DNA of 26,629 nucleotides, taken from positions 1-26,629 of the forward strand of contig JAQCIU010000041.1 in the NCBI GenBank assembly GCA_027593235.1. Direction: 5' to 3'. A program made the position numbers and the translations under genes. Below the pieces are notes generated by a model that worked only from the letters and a program-made list of their open reading frames with translations, searched no databases and was not told the DNA's origin. Position 1 is the stretch's first letter, and each line of letters begins with the position of its first letter. Source of the stretch: Chloroflexota bacterium. Its GTDB lineage: Bacteria > Chloroflexota > Dehalococcoidia > UBA2979. Shown in pieces: positions 24,860 to 26,629 of the stretch.

Positions 24860-25213
24860 ATGACCTCTTCCACCGCTCACACCTCGATGCGTTCGACGAA
24901 CGACGAGCTTCGCGGCGCGATCCGTTTCGCCGCGCTCGGGTTCGCGCTCTTTGTCGCGGGTGCCGCGGCGACGATGGCGCGCGCCGGCGTCTTCGACGCG
25001 TTGCTGCTCTCGGTCGCCGCCGTCGCGAATCTCTTCGCGATGCTCTCGATCTGCGCCGTCACCGCGATGATGTTGGATCTCGGGTCGCCGCACTCCGACG
25101 CCGAGCCGGTGCAGAGCATCCGTGTTGCGCGGCGCGCCCTGCAGTTGTCGGCCGTCTTCTGGTCGGCTGCCGGCCTCGTGTTCCTGCTGACCCCGGCGCT
25201 GGCACGCTTCTAA
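24860..25213 (+). CDS. Hypothetical small membrane protein (3 TM)
   Basis: Hydrophobic segments confined to the last ~117 aa of ORF 24548-25213. Start uncertain (24857, 24860 or 24887). Confidence 0.6.
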   Translation: MTSSTAHTSMRSTNDELRGAIRFAALGFALFVAGAAATMARAGVFDALLLSVAAVANLFAMLSICAVTAMMLDLGSPHSDAEPVQSIRVARRALQLSAVFWSAAGLVFLLTPALARF

Positions 25214-25228
25214 CGGACCAGTCGACCG

Positions 25229-26140
25229 CTAGCCCGCCTGCTCCGCCGCTTGCTGCACGCAGTACCGCGCGATGTCCGCATGCGTGGCGAACCAGACACC
25301 CTCGTGACCACGGATGTACTGCAGCACGCGGTCGAGCATCCGGATGCGCGATCGATGCCCGCTGACGTGCGGGTGCATCGTCAGCACGTACAGCCCGCCT
25401 TCCTCGTAAGCCCCGTCGAACTCCGCCTGGAAGACCTCCTGCACGGCTGATGGCGGTGTGTGCGGCCGCCCGGTGCCGAAGCGATCCATGTTGAAGTACG
25501 GGAAGTCGTCGCGAATCCACTCCGGCGGCAGTTCCACGATCCCGGTCGGCTCGCCCTCATCGAGGAGTTCGTACGGATCGTCGTCCGCCATCAGCGATGA
25601 GTCGTAGATCAATCCCATCTCGCGGATCAGCGAGAGCGTGTTCGGGCTGAAATCCCACGAGGGCGTGCGGATCCCGACCGGACGCGTGCCGGTGATTTCC
25701 TCCAGCGCGTCCGCCGCCTGGATCATCAGCCGCCGCTCGTCCTTGCGCTTCAGCACGCTGTTGCGCTCGTGGATCCAGCCGTGGATGCCGATCTCGTGGC
25801 CCGCCGCCACGACCTGCTGTTGCTCCTCCGGGTAGAGCTTCGCGATCACTGCCGGCACGAAGAAGGTCGCCGGCACCTCGTGCCGCGCGAGCAGATCGAG
25901 GATGCGCGGGACCGCGCGCCGCGCGCCGTATTCGCCCTGCGATAGCACCCCGGGCGAGCGACGATCGTCGCGGAGCGGGATCGCCTCGTGGTCGCTATCG
26001 AACGAGATCGCTACCGCGACGCGCGCGCCACCGGGCCAGCTCGCGGGCGTCAACGATCGGCCCGCGCGCACCTTCCCGACGATCTCGCGCCACGTCTCGT
26101 CTGGCCACTGCCACGGCTCAAGGCTGCTCGAATCGGCCAT
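25229..26140 (-). CDS. Polysaccharide deacetylase (CE4/NodB, PuuE/PgdA-like)
   Basis: WPGGARVAVAISFDSD, GEYG, ATFFVP, HEIGIHGWIHE, GIRTPSW, YDSS, LTMHP. GAGGGGA RBS before ATG 26140. Confidence 0.92.
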   Translation of the reverse strand: MADSSSLEPWQWPDETWREIVGKVRAGRSLTPASWPGGARVAVAISFDSDHEAIPLRDDRRSPGVLSQGEYGARRAVPRILDLLARHEVPATFFVPAVIAKLYPEEQQQVVAAGHEIGIHGWIHERNSVLKRKDERRLMIQAADALEEITGTRPVGIRTPSWDFSPNTLSLIREMGLIYDSSLMADDDPYELLDEGEPTGIVELPPEWIRDDFPYFNMDRFGTGRPHTPPSAVQEVFQAEFDGAYEEGGLYVLTMHPHVSGHRSRIRMLDRVLQYIRGHEGVWFATHADIARYCVQQAAEQAG

Positions 26141-26203
26141 TGCTGATCCCCTCGCGGCGCCGCCGGGCTTGTGTTCCGTGCGGCGAACGATCACGCTGCG
26201 GCG

Positions 26204-26629
26204 ATGAGCATGCCAGCGTTCGGACTGAACCGCTTCGACTTCTCGACCCCGGCCAACTTCGCGGCCGATGTTGCCCGCGCCGAGGCGCTCGGCTGGGACA
26301 TCGCCTTCGTCCCCGATTCGCAGCTGCGCCGTCACGATACCTATGTGCTGCTGGCCTTCGCCGCACAGGCCACCTCGCGGATCCGCGTTGGTCCGCTGCT
26401 CGCGAACCCGGTCACGAGGCACCCGACCGTCACCGCCGGATCGATCGCCACCGTCGATGTCGTCTCCGACGGACGCGCGTTCCTCGGGCTCGGTATCGGC
26501 GACACCGCCGTCCGCCTCGCCGGGCTGCGTCCCGCGAAGGTCGCCACCCTCGAGGCCGCGACCGCGACGATCCGCGCGCTGCTGCGCGGCGAGGACCTCG
26601 AGGTCGGCGCTGCGCGCCCGGCGCGGCTG
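26204..26629 (+). CDS. LLM-class (luciferase-like, Mer-like) flavin/F420-dependent oxidoreductase, 3'-truncated; absent from the ORF track
   Basis: Manual translation: MSMPAFGLNRFD...ARAEALGWDIAFVPDSQ...DTYVLLAFAAQATSRIRVGPLLANPVTRHPTVTAGSIATVDVVSDGRAFLGLGIGD; open to the window end. Confidence 0.92.
   Translation, partial: MSMPAFGLNRFDFSTPANFAADVARAEALGWDIAFVPDSQLRRHDTYVLLAFAAQATSRIRVGPLLANPVTRHPTVTAGSIATVDVVSDGRAFLGLGIGDTAVRLAGLRPAKVATLEAATATIRALLRGEDLEVGAARPARL

Overview
High-GC bacterial chromosomal segment, most consistent with Chloroflexota (Dehalococcoidia-like). This is an inference from DUF2298/TIGR03663-type membrane genes, a HymAB/NuoEF-like pair and a Mer-like LLM gene. Order: partial tRNA nucleotidyltransferase (minus strand, missed by the ORF track), divergent from rnc-smc-ftsY, which runs into a four-gene membrane glycosylation-type cluster. 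Next is a redox cluster behind a sigma70-like promoter with a Rex-like site: stand-alone NuoE plus a degenerate NuoF/HydB-like subunit, a Gfo/Idh/MocA dehydrogenase, an MDR reductase and a double zinc-ribbon NUDIX protein. Then come an AhpD-like gene with an in-frame UGA, an orphan OmpR-type regulator, tRNA-Cys, a PadR unit with two copies of a palindromic operator, a lipoprotein, small membrane proteins, a CE4 deacetylase and a partial LLM oxidoreductase. Strongest hidden signals: (1) a probable selenoprotein (CFYU motif plus SECIS-like hairpin) that the ORF track splits in two; (2) a NuoEF module with a probable CTG start, patterned loss of Fe-S sites and no catalytic partner in the window; (3) a PadR mini-regulon readable directly from the DNA; (4) an archaeal-like GT-C/flippase/flavoprotein cluster. 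Family names come from motif recognition by eye; no searches were run.
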